A stretch of DNA of 64,000 nt from Syntrophaceae bacterium UBA4054 (lineage in GTDB: Bacteria; Desulfobacterota; Syntrophia; Syntrophales; UBA4778): positions 19,397 through 83,396 of the forward strand of contig DFZO01000050.1 in NCBI GenBank assembly GCA_002383495.1, given 5' to 3'. How positions within the stretch are numbered: position 1 is the stretch's first letter; every line of letters begins with the position of its first letter. Of this stretch, positions 45,979 through 57,074 are shown in pieces. Both the position numbers and the translations under genes were made by a program. Under the pieces are notes generated by a model that searched no databases, was not told the origin of the DNA, and saw only the letters and a list, made by a program, of their open reading frames with translations.

Positions 45979-47656
45979 GACCGCCCCGGAGACCGGAAGA
46001 GAAGCGGATGTTTTCGGAATTATTCCGGCACTGATCGAAGTCCATCGCTCCTGGATGGAACGCCCGCAGGAATTTGCCCGGATGCGGATGGATCTGATGG
46101 TCCGTCTTGAGGAAGCGGCGCGGGAAGAGATCGCGCGTCTTCTGCCCGCCGATTCCTCGCCTCAGGATCAGGAGGATGGCGCCGTGTCCTTTCTGGACAT
46201 GATGAAAACAGGAGGCCAGCTCGCCAGAAAATATCACGCGATTCATCAGAAATGGCTCAAAGAGTTCATTGAGCAGGCCCAGGGGATGGAGGAGAGAGAA
46301 AGACAGCGCGCCCTTTTCTGGACCCGGCAGTTGATCAACGCCTGCTCGCCGGCGAATTTCTTCTGGACCAATCCCGGGGCCCTTCAGCGGTTCATGGACA
46401 GCTCCGGAGAAAGTCTCATGCGCGGGGTTCAGCGCTTTCATGAGGATCTTCAGCTCGGAAATTTTCTTCTCAGGCTGACGGATGACACGGCATGGAAGAT
46501 CGGAGAGAACATTGCCGCGACGCCCGGCCGCGTCGTATTCCGGAATGAGCTGATGGAGCTGATACAGTATGAGCCGGCGACGAAGAAGACGCTGGCCGTC
46601 CCCGTGGTCTTCATCCAGCCCTGGATCAATAAATTTTACATCTTTGATTTAAACCCGCCCATGAGCTTTGTGGGCTACCTCCGGGATCGGGGGTTCACGG
46701 TGTTCATCATCAGCTGGAAGAATCCGACATCGATGATGCGCCGCGTGACCTTTGAGGATTACATGCTGCAGGGAGCCCTGAAGGCCATAGAAGCGGCCCG
46801 GGATATCTGCCGGTGCGATGCCGTGCATGCGGCGGGTTACTGCATCGGAGGGACCGCGCTGGCGGCTCTCATGGCCTGGTTCAACCGACAGCGTTCCAAA
46901 AGGAAAAAAGCCGTTCCAGTGTCGGACTGGACCTTGTTTTCAACACTGGTGGATTTTTCAGAACCGGGGGACCTGGGCTTTTTCATCACCGAAAAATCCG
47001 TTGCGGCCGTTGAAGAACTGATGGAAGAAAACGGTTATCTGAGCGAGAAGTATATTGAGATGGCCTTTCGCATGCTCGGGTCCGACAGCCTGATCTGGCG
47101 AAATTTCGTTCAAACCTGTCTTTTCGGCGCGGCCCCGCCCAAATCGGATGTCCTCTTCTGGAACAGCGACAGCACCCGGCTGCCGGAGGCCATGTGCGCA
47201 TTCTATCTCCGGGATCTCTATTTGAATAACCGTCTGGCCGAAAAGGATGGTCTCGTTCTGGGCGGTCGTTCCATCGACCTGGGCTGCATCGAACAGCCCC
47301 TTTATGTCGTCGGCACGCAGCTGGATCACATTTGTCCCTGGAAAAGCACGTTTAAAACCTGCAGCCTGGTCGGAGGTCCCGTCCGGTATGTTCTTTCAAG
47401 TGAGGGCCACATAACGGGAATCGTAAACCCGCCTTCCGAGACATCGCGGAGGAGATATTGGGCCGGTGATGCAGCGGGGGAGAGGGATCCGGAAAGCTGG
47501 CTGAGCCGCCAGGAGGAAGGCAGGGGTTCCTGGTGGGAGGACTGGGCCGCGTGGCTGTCCGTCAGGAGCGCGGGTGAGAGACGGACGCCGTCCATGGGAT
47601 CCCGGAAATATCCGCCTCTCGAAAAAGCCCCCGGATCTTACGTCATGGAGCGTTGA
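45962..47656 (+). CDS. phaC: Polyhydroxyalkanoate synthase PhaC (single-subunit class I/II type)
   Basis: SPANFFWTNP, IAATPGRVV, PWINKFYIFDL, GYCIGG (Cys), DHICPW (Asp), GHITG (His), APGSYV. Confidence 0.93.
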   Translation: MSEKNKTAPETGREADVFGIIPALIEVHRSWMERPQEFARMRMDLMVRLEEAAREEIARLLPADSSPQDQEDGAVSFLDMMKTGGQLARKYHAIHQKWLKEFIEQAQGMEERERQRALFWTRQLINACSPANFFWTNPGALQRFMDSSGESLMRGVQRFHEDLQLGNFLLRLTDDTAWKIGENIAATPGRVVFRNELMELIQYEPATKKTLAVPVVFIQPWINKFYIFDLNPPMSFVGYLRDRGFTVFIISWKNPTSMMRRVTFEDYMLQGALKAIEAARDICRCDAVHAAGYCIGGTALAALMAWFNRQRSKRKKAVPVSDWTLFSTLVDFSEPGDLGFFITEKSVAAVEELMEENGYLSEKYIEMAFRMLGSDSLIWRNFVQTCLFGAAPPKSDVLFWNSDSTRLPEAMCAFYLRDLYLNNRLAEKDGLVLGGRSIDLGCIEQPLYVVGTQLDHICPWKSTFKTCSLVGGPVRYVLSSEGHITGIVNPPSETSRRRYWAGDAAGERDPESWLSRQEEGRGSWWEDWAAWLSVRSAGERRTPSMGSRKYPPLEKAPGSYVMER

Positions 47657-47663
47657 ATGCCTT

Positions 47664-48623
47664 ATGGAGGGATCGAACGTCGGACTTGTTTTCCCCGGGC
47701 AGGGTTCTCAGTTTGTCGGCATGGGGGAAGACCTCTACAGGGAAAACGAAATCTTTAAAAAGGTTTTCCACCGCGCCCAGGACATCCTGGAGATGGATAT
47801 GCTGGGCCTCTGGACGAGAGGTCCTCGTGAAACCCTGGATCAGACCCTTTACACGCAGCTGGCCGTCCTGGTCTTTGAGCTGGCGGCCTCTGAGGCTTTC
47901 CGAAAAGAGGTTTCCCTCCGGCCCCGGGTCGCGGCAGGCCACAGCCTTGGCGAGTACAGCGCCATTTATGCCTCAGGTGCGCTGGACATGGAGGCGGTCT
48001 TGAACCTTGTCCGGGTGAGGGCGCAGCGCCACGAGGATGCCGTCCCCGCGGGGACGGGCGCCATGCTGGCCATTCTCGGGCTGGACGGCCGCTCCGTGGA
48101 AAAACTGTGTCTCGCGGCGAGCCGGGAGGGGGAAGAGGTCGATGTGGCCAACCTGAACGCGCCCATCCAGGTGGTTGTTTCGGGACATGTCCGTGCCGTG
48201 GAACGCTTGGCCCGCGCGGCTGAGAAGGCCGGCGCGAAAAAGACGGTCACCCTGCCCATCAGTGTTCCCTGTCATTGCCGGCTGCTCATGACGGCCTCGG
48301 AGCTTTTCGAGGAGAGCCTGAAGCGCGTGTCTTTCAAGTCCTTTCAGATACCGGTGATCCCCAACTGCGATCCAGCCGTCTTCTACACGCCTGAAAACGC
48401 GGCCGGGCTCTTGAAAAGGCAAATCACATCGCCGGTTCGCTGGCAGGAGACCATAGAGAGGATGGGGGCCATGGGCGTCGACACGATTGTGGAAATCGGC
48501 CCCAGAAAAGTCCTCTCCGGGCTCATTAAGAATATTGATCGAAGCATCCGGCTCTTTTATGTCGGGGACGTTTTGTCGCTCCGGAACACGGCCGAAGCGC
48601 TTAGCCTTCCGTCTTCCCAATGA
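47664..48623 (+). CDS. fabD: Malonyl-CoA:ACP transacylase
   Basis: FPGQGSQ, GHSLGEYS, ANLNAPIQVVVSG, VPCHC, EIGPRKVL. Confidence 0.93.
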   Translation: MEGSNVGLVFPGQGSQFVGMGEDLYRENEIFKKVFHRAQDILEMDMLGLWTRGPRETLDQTLYTQLAVLVFELAASEAFRKEVSLRPRVAAGHSLGEYSAIYASGALDMEAVLNLVRVRAQRHEDAVPAGTGAMLAILGLDGRSVEKLCLAASREGEEVDVANLNAPIQVVVSGHVRAVERLARAAEKAGAKKTVTLPISVPCHCRLLMTASELFEESLKRVSFKSFQIPVIPNCDPAVFYTPENAAGLLKRQITSPVRWQETIERMGAMGVDTIVEIGPRKVLSGLIKNIDRSIRLFYVGDVLSLRNTAEALSLPSSQ

Positions 48624-48686
48624 TCCTAATTAATACTTGATTTAACACGGGAGATATTGTAAAAGAACCGTTCTAAAATTTCTGGT

Positions 48687-48730
48687 CTCCTTGCTCGAAC
48701 CAGGCGTTCGGGCTTCAGAGCCGAGAGGAG
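48687..48730 (+). ncRNA. S6:S18 ribosomal-protein autoregulatory leader
   Basis: CTCCTT pairs with the SD GAGGAG, enclosing a GCTCGAAC/GTTCGGGC hairpin and a CCG-containing linker, as in the known rpsF leader motif. Confidence 0.7.
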
Positions 48731-48738
48731 AAAACTCA

Positions 48739-49206
48739 ATGAACAGATACGAAATCGTCATGGTGGCCCTGTCCGACCTGTCGAAGGACGATGTGGACGG
48801 CCTGATCGAGCGCTCGAGCGCTATCATCGCGAACATGAAAGGCATCGTCGTCAAGGCCGAGAAATGGGGAACGAGGAAGCTTGCCTATCGCATCAGGAAA
48901 CAGCCGCGGGGCACCTACGTTCTGATCGATTTTGCGGGAGAAAGCGCCGTGGTCAATGAACTGGAGCGAAATCTCAAGTTTGATGACGAGGTTTTGAGAT
49001 TCCAGACGATCAAGAAAGCGGACGCGGTCACTCTTGAAGAAATCGAGAAAGAGATCGCGGGATCAAAGAAAGAAGAAAAGATCCAGGAGGTGAAGCCCTT
49101 GACGGCCGCCCCGGCAAAGGAAGCGGAGAAGACAACACAGACAGCCGTTCAGGGAGACGCGGGATCAGGCGAGGCGGCCGCTTCGGAAAAGAAGGGGGAG
49201 GAATAG
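48739..49206 (+). CDS. rpsF: 30S ribosomal protein S6
   Basis: [20 protein letters not shown]; acidic/Ala-rich C-terminal tail. Confidence 0.95.
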   Translation: MNRYEIVMVALSDLSKDDVDGLIERSSAIIANMKGIVVKAEKWGTRKLAYRIRKQPRGTYVLIDFAGESAVVNELERNLKFDDEVLRFQTIKKADAVTLEEIEKEIAGSKKEEKIQEVKPLTAAPAKEAEKTTQTAVQGDAGSGEAAASEKKGEE

Positions 49207-49210
49207 GATC

Positions 49211-49483
49211 ATGGCATATAATCGTCCAGGGGAGCGCTCGACAGAAAGAAGACCGGAAAGAAGGGTCTTTCACAGGAGAAAGGTCTGCAGGTTCTGCACC
49301 GATTCCAATTTGAAAATCGAATACAAGGACCCCGGTTCTCTGAGACATTTCGTTTCAGAAAAGGGGAAAATCATTCCGAGAAGAATCACGGGAAACTGTG
49401 CCAACCACCAGAGGGAATTGACGGTGGCCATTAAAAGGGCCAGGGCCATAGCCCTCCTGCCCTTCGTGGTCTCAGAATACTGA
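49211..49483 (+). CDS. rpsR: 30S ribosomal protein S18 (Zn-binding C+ form)
   Basis: RRKVCRFC...[17 protein letters not shown]...ARAIALLPF. Confidence 0.96.
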   Translation: MAYNRPGERSTERRPERRVFHRRKVCRFCTDSNLKIEYKDPGSLRHFVSEKGKIIPRRITGNCANHQRELTVAIKRARAIALLPFVVSEY

Positions 49484-49514
49484 TTCGTTAAGCTCTTCCA
49501 ATAAAAGGCAGGCA

Positions 49515-50480
49515 TTGGACATCCGAATTTTGAACAGAGAATTTGTCTCGGCAATCGTGACATCCTCGCTTGTCTTCATGGCCGCCGCGTTGACGCCGCT
49601 GCTGGGCCCGCTCATAGGGCTTTTCATGCCGCTGCCGATCTTCTTTTACGCCTTCAGGCTCGGGCGGATCAGGGGAGCAGCGGTCTTTGTCCTATCGCTT
49701 GCCGTCGTATCGGCTGCCGTTTTTTTTTCGGCGCTGGACGTGAACATCGCGGTCCTCTTCCTGGCGGGATCCTTCGGACTGATCCTTTCAGAAATCTTCC
49801 GGAAGGGTTTGTCCATTGAAAGGACTGTTTTTTATTCCGTACTGTCCATTCTGATCCTGGGTTCTTTCTTTATTGTCTATCATCTTCTGACGACGGGTCA
49901 GGATTCCATGCTTCTGGTCGAGTCCTATATTTCGGAGGGCATCCAGGAGAGCATCGGCGTTTACGCGCAGCTCGGGATCTCGCCCGAACAGCTCAGCGAG
50001 ATCAGGAAGAGCGCGCCCGTCATCGTTAAAACCATATTGAATCTCTTTCCGGCTCTGGTGATTGTCAGTGCCGTTTCCTTTGTTCTGATCAATATCCTGG
50101 CGGGAAGGGCGATCTTTCAAAGATTGGGGACGCCGTCCCCGGATTTCGGCGATTTGAGCTTCTGGAAGATTCCCGACCAGATGGTCTGGTTCGTCATCCT
50201 GGCCGGAGGTCTGATCCTTATCCCCAGGGTAGACGTGCGGATCATCGGGCTGAATCTACTCATCATTTTTCTCTTTTTCTATCTCTTTCAGGGTTTTGCG
50301 ATCATCAGCTACTTTTTCCGGAAAAAAAATGTTCCCCTGTTCTTTCGGGGCATCATTTATTTTCTTATTTTTGCTCAGAATTTCCTTTTTCTGATCGTTA
50401 TGGTCCTCGGTTTTGCCGATATCTGGATCGATTTCAGAAAGAGAAACCCGCCCGCGGCGGATTCCGTGGAACAGCAATAA
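49515..50480 (+). CDS. DUF2232/YybS-family membrane protein
   Basis: Polytopic hydrophobic protein in the conserved rpsR-rplI slot; QGFAII and [11 protein letters not shown]. Confidence 0.85.
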   Translation: MDIRILNREFVSAIVTSSLVFMAAALTPLLGPLIGLFMPLPIFFYAFRLGRIRGAAVFVLSLAVVSAAVFFSALDVNIAVLFLAGSFGLILSEIFRKGLSIERTVFYSVLSILILGSFFIVYHLLTTGQDSMLLVESYISEGIQESIGVYAQLGISPEQLSEIRKSAPVIVKTILNLFPALVIVSAVSFVLINILAGRAIFQRLGTPSPDFGDLSFWKIPDQMVWFVILAGGLILIPRVDVRIIGLNLLIIFLFFYLFQGFAIISYFFRKKNVPLFFRGIIYFLIFAQNFLFLIVMVLGFADIWIDFRKRNPPAADSVEQQ

Positions 50481-50506
50481 TCTCACAAAGCGAAGGAGGC
50501 CTTTTC

Positions 50507-50956
50507 ATGAAGGTGATTTTAAGAGAAGACGTTGACTCTCTCGGAAAAATGGGAGATATTATCAAAGTCGCGGACGGTTACGCCAGAAACTATCTCATTC
50601 CGAAGGGGCTGGCCATCGAGGCCAGCGTGAAGAATGTAAAGGTCCTTGAACATGAAAAGAGGGGAGTCGCGCAGCGGGCGGAGAAGGAACGTAAGAAAGC
50701 CAAGGCGCTCCTCGAGAAGTTCACGGACCTGACATGCACCATCTCGCGGCGGGTCGGCAAGCAGGATAAGCTTTTCGGCGCGGTGACGACCAAGGATATC
50801 GAGAAGGCGCTCCGGGACCAGGGGATTGACGTGGACCGGAAGACCATTGTCCTGGAAGAGACCCTCAAGAGTCTGGGAGAATTCCCCGTGAAAATCCGCC
50901 TGTACCCTGGAATTGTCGCGCAGATTAATGTCGTGGTGAGCAGGGAAGAAGAATAG
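50507..50956 (+). CDS. rplI: 50S ribosomal protein L9
   Basis: [32 protein letters not shown]. Confidence 0.97.
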   Translation: MKVILREDVDSLGKMGDIIKVADGYARNYLIPKGLAIEASVKNVKVLEHEKRGVAQRAEKERKKAKALLEKFTDLTCTISRRVGKQDKLFGAVTTKDIEKALRDQGIDVDRKTIVLEETLKSLGEFPVKIRLYPGIVAQINVVVSREEE

Positions 50957-50964
50957 AATTTGCC

Positions 50965-52323
50965 ATGAAGGATATCGATTCCTCTTTGCATAAGGTTCCG
51001 CCCCAGAACCTGGAGGCCGAGCAATCGGTTCTCGGCGGGATCCTCCTCGACAACCAGGCCCTGAACAGTGTCCTGGAAATCCTGCAGATGGATGATTTTT
51101 ACAGCGACGCGCACCGGAAGATCTTTGCCTCCATTCTTGAACTTTCGGAGAAGGGCCGGCCGAGCGATCTGATCACCCTGAGCGATATTCTGAGGGACAG
51201 AAATCAGATCGATGCGGTGGGGGGTGTTTCTTATCTGGCTTCCCTAGTGGATAATGTGCCCTCGGCGGCGAACATCTCGTACTATTCCAAGATCGTCAAG
51301 GAGAAGGCCATCTTGAGGAGCCTGATCGGAACGGCGACGGACATTCTCACGAAGAGCTACAACGCCGGATCGGATGTGGATACCCTCCTCGACGAGGCCG
51401 AGCATGCCATCTTCGAGATATCCGAAAACAAAATCAAGCCGAGCTTTTCTCCCTTGAAGGAACTGATCAAGGATAGTTTCAGGACGATTGAACGGCTCTA
51501 CGAGAAGAAGGAACTCATCACCGGTGTTCCCACCGGCTTCGAGATGCTGGATGAGAAAACGTCCGGTCTCCAGAGATCGGACCTGGTCGTCGTGGCGGGC
51601 CGCCCCAGCATGGGCAAGACCGCCCTCGCCCTCAACATTGCTCAGTACGCCGCCATCGAGGCAAATATTCCCGTTGCCATTTTTTCGCTCGAAATGTCAA
51701 AAGAGCAGCTCGCTTTCCGCATGCTTTCTTCGGAGGCGCGGGTGGACTCTCAGAGGCTGAGGAGGGGATTCCCGGGAGAGACGGACTGGCCGAAATTGAC
51801 CACTGCCGCGGGGAGATTGGCCGAAGCCCCCATATTCATAGACGACACGGCGGCGATCACCGTCCTCGAAATGAAAGCGAAGGCCAGGCGGCTGAGGGCC
51901 GAGACAGGCCTCGGCCTCGTGATCGTCGACTATCTGCAGCTCATGCGGTCGACGGGGTCCAGGGACTCGCGGGAGCAGGAGATATCGGAAATCAGCCGTT
52001 CCCTGAAGGCGCTTGCCAAGGAATTGAACATTCCGGTGATGGCCCTTTCTCAATTGAACCGTCAGGTGGAGCAGAGAACGAACAGGCGCCCTCAGATGGC
52101 GGACCTGAGAGAATCCGGAGCCATTGAGCAGGACGCCGATGTGATCATTTTTCTTTACCGGGATGAGGTCTACAACCGGGCGGAAGACAATCCGGAGAAA
52201 GGGACAGCGGAGGTCATCATCGGCAAGCAGAGAAACGGCCCCGTCGGAACCGTCAAACTATCTTTCCTTGAAAAGTTCACCCGCTTTGAAAATCCGGCGA
52301 GGGGTGATTACGACTACCACTAA
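50965..52323 (+). CDS. dnaB: Replicative DNA helicase
   Basis: PPQNLEAEQSVLG, AGRPSMGKT, VDYLQL, DLRESGAIEQDAD; no intein. Confidence 0.97.
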   Translation: MKDIDSSLHKVPPQNLEAEQSVLGGILLDNQALNSVLEILQMDDFYSDAHRKIFASILELSEKGRPSDLITLSDILRDRNQIDAVGGVSYLASLVDNVPSAANISYYSKIVKEKAILRSLIGTATDILTKSYNAGSDVDTLLDEAEHAIFEISENKIKPSFSPLKELIKDSFRTIERLYEKKELITGVPTGFEMLDEKTSGLQRSDLVVVAGRPSMGKTALALNIAQYAAIEANIPVAIFSLEMSKEQLAFRMLSSEARVDSQRLRRGFPGETDWPKLTTAAGRLAEAPIFIDDTAAITVLEMKAKARRLRAETGLGLVIVDYLQLMRSTGSRDSREQEISEISRSLKALAKELNIPVMALSQLNRQVEQRTNRRPQMADLRESGAIEQDADVIIFLYRDEVYNRAEDNPEKGTAEVIIGKQRNGPVGTVKLSFLEKFTRFENPARGDYDYH

Positions 52324-53183
52324 GCCTCGAGGAGGGCAACAGGCTCCTTACCCGTGTAAGTGATGGCGGCCCTCATCTTTTTGAGCGCCTGGGCCTCGAT
52401 CTGCCGGGCGCGTTCCCTCGTGATATTAAACCTGTCTCCGATGTCCTGAAGGGTCTCGGGATTGTCCGCCATGATCCGGTGTTCGATGATGTAGCGCTCC
52501 CTCTCGTTCAGCTGCGACATCGCTCCCGCAATGCTCATTTTGGCAAGGGCGGTTTCCTCCTTCCTGATCAGGGCCGATTCCTGGTCTTCACCCTCGTATT
52601 TCAGCTGATCGATATAAGTGGATTCGCCATCCTCCGTGAGAGTCGCATCCAGGGAAAGATCGCGGTTGCTGAGCCGGAGGTCCATCTCTTCGATTTCCGC
52701 CTCTTTCACCTGTAGGGACTCCGCGATCTCCGCGAATTCGGGATTCTTCTCGGAGAGGGACCGAAGCCTTTTCTTTTCCTGATTCAGCTTGAAAAAAAGT
52801 TTGCGCTGCGCCTGGGTGGTGCCGATCTTGACAAGACTCCAGGACTTGATGATGTAATTCTGCATATAGGCCCGGATCCACCAGACGGCATAGGAAATAA
52901 GCCGATAGCCCTTGTATGGATTGAACTTCTTCACGGCGTGCATGAGGCCGATATTGCCTTCCTGGATCAGGTCAATGAGCTTCATGCCGTAATTGCGATA
53001 TTCGTGGGCTATTTTCACAACAAAACGCAGATTGGACGTGACCAGTTTTTCCGCCGCCTTCAGGTCGCTCTGCTTCTTGAAGCGAACGGCGAGATCGAAT
53101 TCCTCTTCCGGCGTCAGGAGGGAAAAGCGATTGATTTGCGTGATGTAGATATCCAGGGCATTGGATACGGCCGGAAGGTTCAT
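52320..53183 (-). CDS. rpoH: RNA polymerase sigma-32 factor
   Basis: DLIQEGNIGLMHAVKKF, RpoH box QRKLFFKL, ITRERARQIE; GAGGAG RBS before 53183. Confidence 0.92.
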   Translation of the reverse strand: MNLPAVSNALDIYITQINRFSLLTPEEEFDLAVRFKKQSDLKAAEKLVTSNLRFVVKIAHEYRNYGMKLIDLIQEGNIGLMHAVKKFNPYKGYRLISYAVWWIRAYMQNYIIKSWSLVKIGTTQAQRKLFFKLNQEKKRLRSLSEKNPEFAEIAESLQVKEAEIEEMDLRLSNRDLSLDATLTEDGESTYIDQLKYEGEDQESALIRKEETALAKMSIAGAMSQLNERERYIIEHRIMADNPETLQDIGDRFNITRERARQIEAQALKKMRAAITYTGKEPVALLEA

Positions 53184-53215
53184 GTCCTGCTCCTCGTGAA
53201 TGAATAAGTTCATGA

Positions 53216-53243
53216 ATTATATCAGTTTTTTGCCAGGAGTCAA
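53216..53243 (-). promoter_or_regulatory. sigma70 promoter of rpoH
   Basis: TTGACT-N16-TATAAT with extended TG. Confidence 0.7.
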
Positions 53244-53276
53244 GACATTTTAACCGTTTGGACAAGGAATGAACGC

Positions 53277-53334
53277 TTGACATTAAGCGGGTCTGTGTTT
53301 AATTTATGCTTGAAATCACTAAGATATCCAATAT
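53277..53334 (+). promoter_or_regulatory. Tandem sigma70 and sigma32-like promoters of clpB
   Basis: TTGACA-N17-TAATTT (53277-53305) and CTTGAA-N13-CCAATAT (53309-53334). Confidence 0.55.
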
Positions 53335-53458
53335 TTTGAAATCCTTTAAAAAATTTTTTCAACGGGAAATGGCGGGATGAATTCACTCAGCCGTCGCATC
53401 ATTGATTGTGCCTGCGACATGGCAAAAGAAGCTGGTGGAATAATTTCTGGAGGAGACC

Positions 53459-56059
53459 ATGAGATTTGACAAATTGACCTTGAAGGCGCAGGAGGCCTTT
53501 CAGGACGCTCAGAGAACAGCTGAAAAATATGGGCATCAAGCCATCGACGCGGAGCATGTTCTGCTTTCGCTTATCCGCCAGCCCGAAGGAACGGTCGAAA
53601 CCATCCTGAAAAAAATGGGGTCCGATCCCAGCGTGATTGCCAGGGAGGTTGAGAAGCTCCTGGACAGGATGCCGAAGGTTTCCGGAGCGGGAGGCGGGCA
53701 AACCTATGTCACGCCCCGTCTCAATGGCATCATGGAGAAGGCGTTCCAAGAAGCTGAAAGGATGAACGATGAATACATGAGCGTCGAGCACATCCTGATT
53801 GCCATGACCGAGGACAAGCAGGATCCGGCGGCCCGCATTCTTCAGAATGCGGGCGTGACGAAGGACAAGATATTCCAAGTGCTTGTGGATATCCGGGGGA
53901 CGCAGAGAATCACGGACCAGAACCCCGAGGAAAAGTATGAGGCCCTGAAACGGTACGCCAGGGACTTCAATGAACTCGCCCGCAAGAGTTCTTTCGATCC
54001 CGTGATCGGGCGGGATGATGAAATCCGGCGGATCATGCAGGTTCTGTCTCGAAGAACAAAGAACAACCCGGTTCTCATCGGGGAGCCCGGCGTCGGGAAA
54101 ACGGCTATCGTGGAGGGCCTGGCCCAGCGCATCGTGAACGGCGATGTCCCCGAGAGCCTGAAAAACAAGAGGGTCATCGGACTCGATATCGGGGCCCTCG
54201 TGGCGGGAGCGAAATACAGGGGCGAATTTGAAGACCGACTGAAGGCGGTGCTGAAGGAGATCACCGAGGCTCAGGGAGAGATCATTCTCTTCATCGACGA
54301 GATTCACACCGTCGTGGGGGCGGGCGCGGCGGAGGGGGCCATCGACGCATCCAACATGCTCAAACCGGCCCTGGCCCGCGGCGAGTTGCGGTGCATCGGC
54401 GCCACGACGGTCAACGAATACCGCAAGTATATCGAGAAGGACGCGGCTCTGGAAAGGAGATTTCAGCCGATTCCGGTCAGGGAGCCGACGGTGGAGGATA
54501 CCATCGCCATCCTGCGGGGGCTCAAGGAACGCTATGAGATTCATCACGGCGTCCGGGTATCCGATTCGGCCATCATCGCGGCGGCCACCCTGTCCAACCG
54601 TTACATCAGTGACCGGTTCCTGCCGGACAAGGCCGTGGATCTCATCGACGAGGCCGCGTCAAAGCTGCGGATCGAGCTTGACAGCCTGCCGGCGGAGATC
54701 GATGCCGTGGAGCGCAGGATCATCCAGCTCGAGATCGAGCGGCAGTCCCTGAAGAAGGAAACGAGCCCGACGGCGAAAGAACGGTCCGGGAAGATCGAGA
54801 AGGAACTGGCCGGGCTCAAGGAAGACAAAGAGCAGATGATGCAGCACTGGTCGAAGGAAAAAGAGGTGATCAAAAGGATCCAGACCATCAAGAGCCTGAT
54901 AGAGGAAAACAGAAACGAAGAGTTGAATGCCCAGAGGCAGGGCGATCTGGAAAAAGCGGCGACGATCCGGTACGGGAAACTCGTCGAACTTCACCGGGAA
55001 CTGGAGGAGGAAAACGAGAAACTCGACGAAATTCAGAAAGACCGGAAAATGCTCAAGGAAGAGGTGGACGAGGAAGATGTGGCCGAGGTCGTGGCCAAGT
55101 GGACAGGCATTCCCGTGGCGCGCATGATGGAAAGCGACGTGGCCAAGCTTATCCACATGGAAGAGCGCCTGAAGCAGAGGGTCATCGGCCAGGATGAAGC
55201 CGTTCAGGCCGTTTCAAGCGCCTTGAGAAGAGCCCGTTCCGGAATACAGGACCCGAACCGGCCTCTCGGTTCCTTCATCTTCATGGGCTCGACCGGTGTG
55301 GGAAAGACCGAACTGGCGAGGGCTCTGGCGGAGTTCATGTTCGACGACGAACAGGCCATGGTACGGATCGACATGTCGGAGTTCATGGAAAAACATTCCG
55401 TTTCCCGGCTGATCGGCGCGCCCCCGGGCTATGTGGGATACGATGAAGGCGGGCACCTCACCGAGGCCGTGAGGAGAAAACCCTACACGGTATTGCTTTT
55501 TGATGAGATTGAAAAGGCGCATCCCGATGTGTTCAACGTCCTTCTGCAGATTCTGGATGATGGGAGACTCACGGATGGTCACGGCCGGACGGTGAACTTC
55601 AAAAATACGATCGTGATCATGACCTCGAACATCGGCGGAGAGTTTGTGCACAATTTCTCCATGAGCGAGGAAGAGAGGCGGTTGAGAACCATGGACGTCA
55701 TGAGGACGACCTTCCGGCCGGAATTCCTGAACCGCGTCGATGACATCGTCTTTTTCAGGTCCCTGACCATCAGCGACATCGACCGGATCATCGAGATTCA
55801 GCTCGGCCTGCTTCAGAAGAGGCTTGAAGAAAGGAAACTGTCGCTGGAATTGACAGAAAGTGCAAAGAAGTATATTACAAAGGTCGGCTACAGTTCCGTT
55901 TACGGTGCGAGGCCTTTGAAGAGAGCGCTTCAGAAAATCATCCAGGACAGCCTCGCCTTGAAGCTCCTTGAGGGGGCGTTCAAGGAAGGCGATCATATCC
56001 TTGTGGATGTGACCAAAGAGGGCGATGTCGTCTTCAAGAGCGGAAAAAAGAAGGGGTAA
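53459..56059 (+). CDS. clpB: ATP-dependent chaperone ClpB
   Basis: Two AAA+ modules ([17 protein letters not shown]), M-domain coiled coil, GAPPGYVG. Confidence 0.97.
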   Translation: MRFDKLTLKAQEAFQDAQRTAEKYGHQAIDAEHVLLSLIRQPEGTVETILKKMGSDPSVIAREVEKLLDRMPKVSGAGGGQTYVTPRLNGIMEKAFQEAERMNDEYMSVEHILIAMTEDKQDPAARILQNAGVTKDKIFQVLVDIRGTQRITDQNPEEKYEALKRYARDFNELARKSSFDPVIGRDDEIRRIMQVLSRRTKNNPVLIGEPGVGKTAIVEGLAQRIVNGDVPESLKNKRVIGLDIGALVAGAKYRGEFEDRLKAVLKEITEAQGEIILFIDEIHTVVGAGAAEGAIDASNMLKPALARGELRCIGATTVNEYRKYIEKDAALERRFQPIPVREPTVEDTIAILRGLKERYEIHHGVRVSDSAIIAAATLSNRYISDRFLPDKAVDLIDEAASKLRIELDSLPAEIDAVERRIIQLEIERQSLKKETSPTAKERSGKIEKELAGLKEDKEQMMQHWSKEKEVIKRIQTIKSLIEENRNEELNAQRQGDLEKAATIRYGKLVELHRELEEENEKLDEIQKDRKMLKEEVDEEDVAEVVAKWTGIPVARMMESDVAKLIHMEERLKQRVIGQDEAVQAVSSALRRARSGIQDPNRPLGSFIFMGSTGVGKTELARALAEFMFDDEQAMVRIDMSEFMEKHSVSRLIGAPPGYVGYDEGGHLTEAVRRKPYTVLLFDEIEKAHPDVFNVLLQILDDGRLTDGHGRTVNFKNTIVIMTSNIGGEFVHNFSMSEEERRLRTMDVMRTTFRPEFLNRVDDIVFFRSLTISDIDRIIEIQLGLLQKRLEERKLSLELTESAKKYITKVGYSSVYGARPLKRALQKIIQDSLALKLLEGAFKEGDHILVDVTKEGDVVFKSGKKKG

Positions 56060-56087
56060 TTATCTTCGGAAACAGACAACAAAGGGG

Positions 56088-56116
56088 TTGCCATAAAAGA
56101 TTAAAAACAATATAAT
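56088..56116 (+). promoter_or_regulatory. sigma70 promoter of htpX
   Basis: TTGCCA-N17-TATAAT. Confidence 0.7.
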
Positions 56117-56175
56117 TATACTTGGTTATTCATCCGGCCTGGGGAGCAGGACGGAGAGATATGGAGGTTTTGCGA

Positions 56176-57033
56176 ATGAACACCATCAAGACAACGATGC
56201 TTCTGGGCGCCCTGACGGGCCTTTTGATGCTCATAGGCGGATATTTTGGCGGACAGCAGGGTGTTGTCCTGGCTTTTATCTTCGCGTCGGTCATGAATCT
56301 GGGAAGCTACTGGTTTTCGGACAAGATTGTCCTGCGTATGTACAAAGCCACGGAGGTCACGGAAAGAGAGGCTCCCGAACTGTTCACCCTGGTGAGAAAC
56401 CTGGCGATGAGGGACGGTCTTCCCATGCCGAAAGTCTATATTATTCCCGGTGATACGCCCAACGCCTTTGCGACAGGCAGGAACGAGCACCATGCCGTCG
56501 TGGCCGTGACGGAAGGCATTCTGCGGATTCTCAACAGAGAAGAGCTTGAGGGAGTCATCTCTCATGAACTCTCCCACATCAAGGACAAGGATATTCTGAT
56601 CAGTTCGATCGCCGCCACTTTGGCGGGCGCCATCGTCATGCTGGCGAACATGGCCCAGTGGGCGGCCATCTTCGGCTTCGGCGGAAGGGACGATGAAGAG
56701 GCCGGGGGAGGGGGTATTTTGGGACTCATCCTCATGGCGATTCTGGCCCCCATCGCCGCCGCCATCATCCAGATGGCCATCTCGCGTTCCCGGGAATATC
56801 TGGCGGACAGCGAAGGTGCACGGCTGTCAGGCAAGCCTATGGGACTGGCAAACGCGCTGGAGAAGCTTTCCAGAGCGTCGCAGGCTATTCCCATGGATGC
56901 CAATCCATCCACGGCGCATATGTTTATCGTGAATCCCCTGACCGGGAGATCCTTCGCGAATCTTTTCAGCACGCACCCGCCGATCGAGGAGAGGGTCGCC
57001 AGGCTGAAGAACATGGTCGCGACAGCCCGATAG
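56176..57033 (+). CDS. htpX: Zinc metalloprotease HtpX
   Basis: [27 protein letters not shown]; GGAGG RBS. Confidence 0.95.
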   Translation: MNTIKTTMLLGALTGLLMLIGGYFGGQQGVVLAFIFASVMNLGSYWFSDKIVLRMYKATEVTEREAPELFTLVRNLAMRDGLPMPKVYIIPGDTPNAFATGRNEHHAVVAVTEGILRILNREELEGVISHELSHIKDKDILISSIAATLAGAIVMLANMAQWAAIFGFGGRDDEEAGGGGILGLILMAILAPIAAAIIQMAISRSREYLADSEGARLSGKPMGLANALEKLSRASQAIPMDANPSTAHMFIVNPLTGRSFANLFSTHPPIEERVARLKNMVATAR

Positions 57034-57074
57034 GGATTGCATTCGGTTGTTCAAAATCATTTGAAGGGACGCAA

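Noticed and set aside
44333-48690. fabH-acp-phaC-fabD as an island integrated at tRNA-Arg
   Set aside because: I found no integrase and no direct repeat of the tRNA 3' end before rpsF. The AT-rich 44410-44720 stretch is explicable as promoter DNA. Horizontal origin is not excluded, only unsupported.
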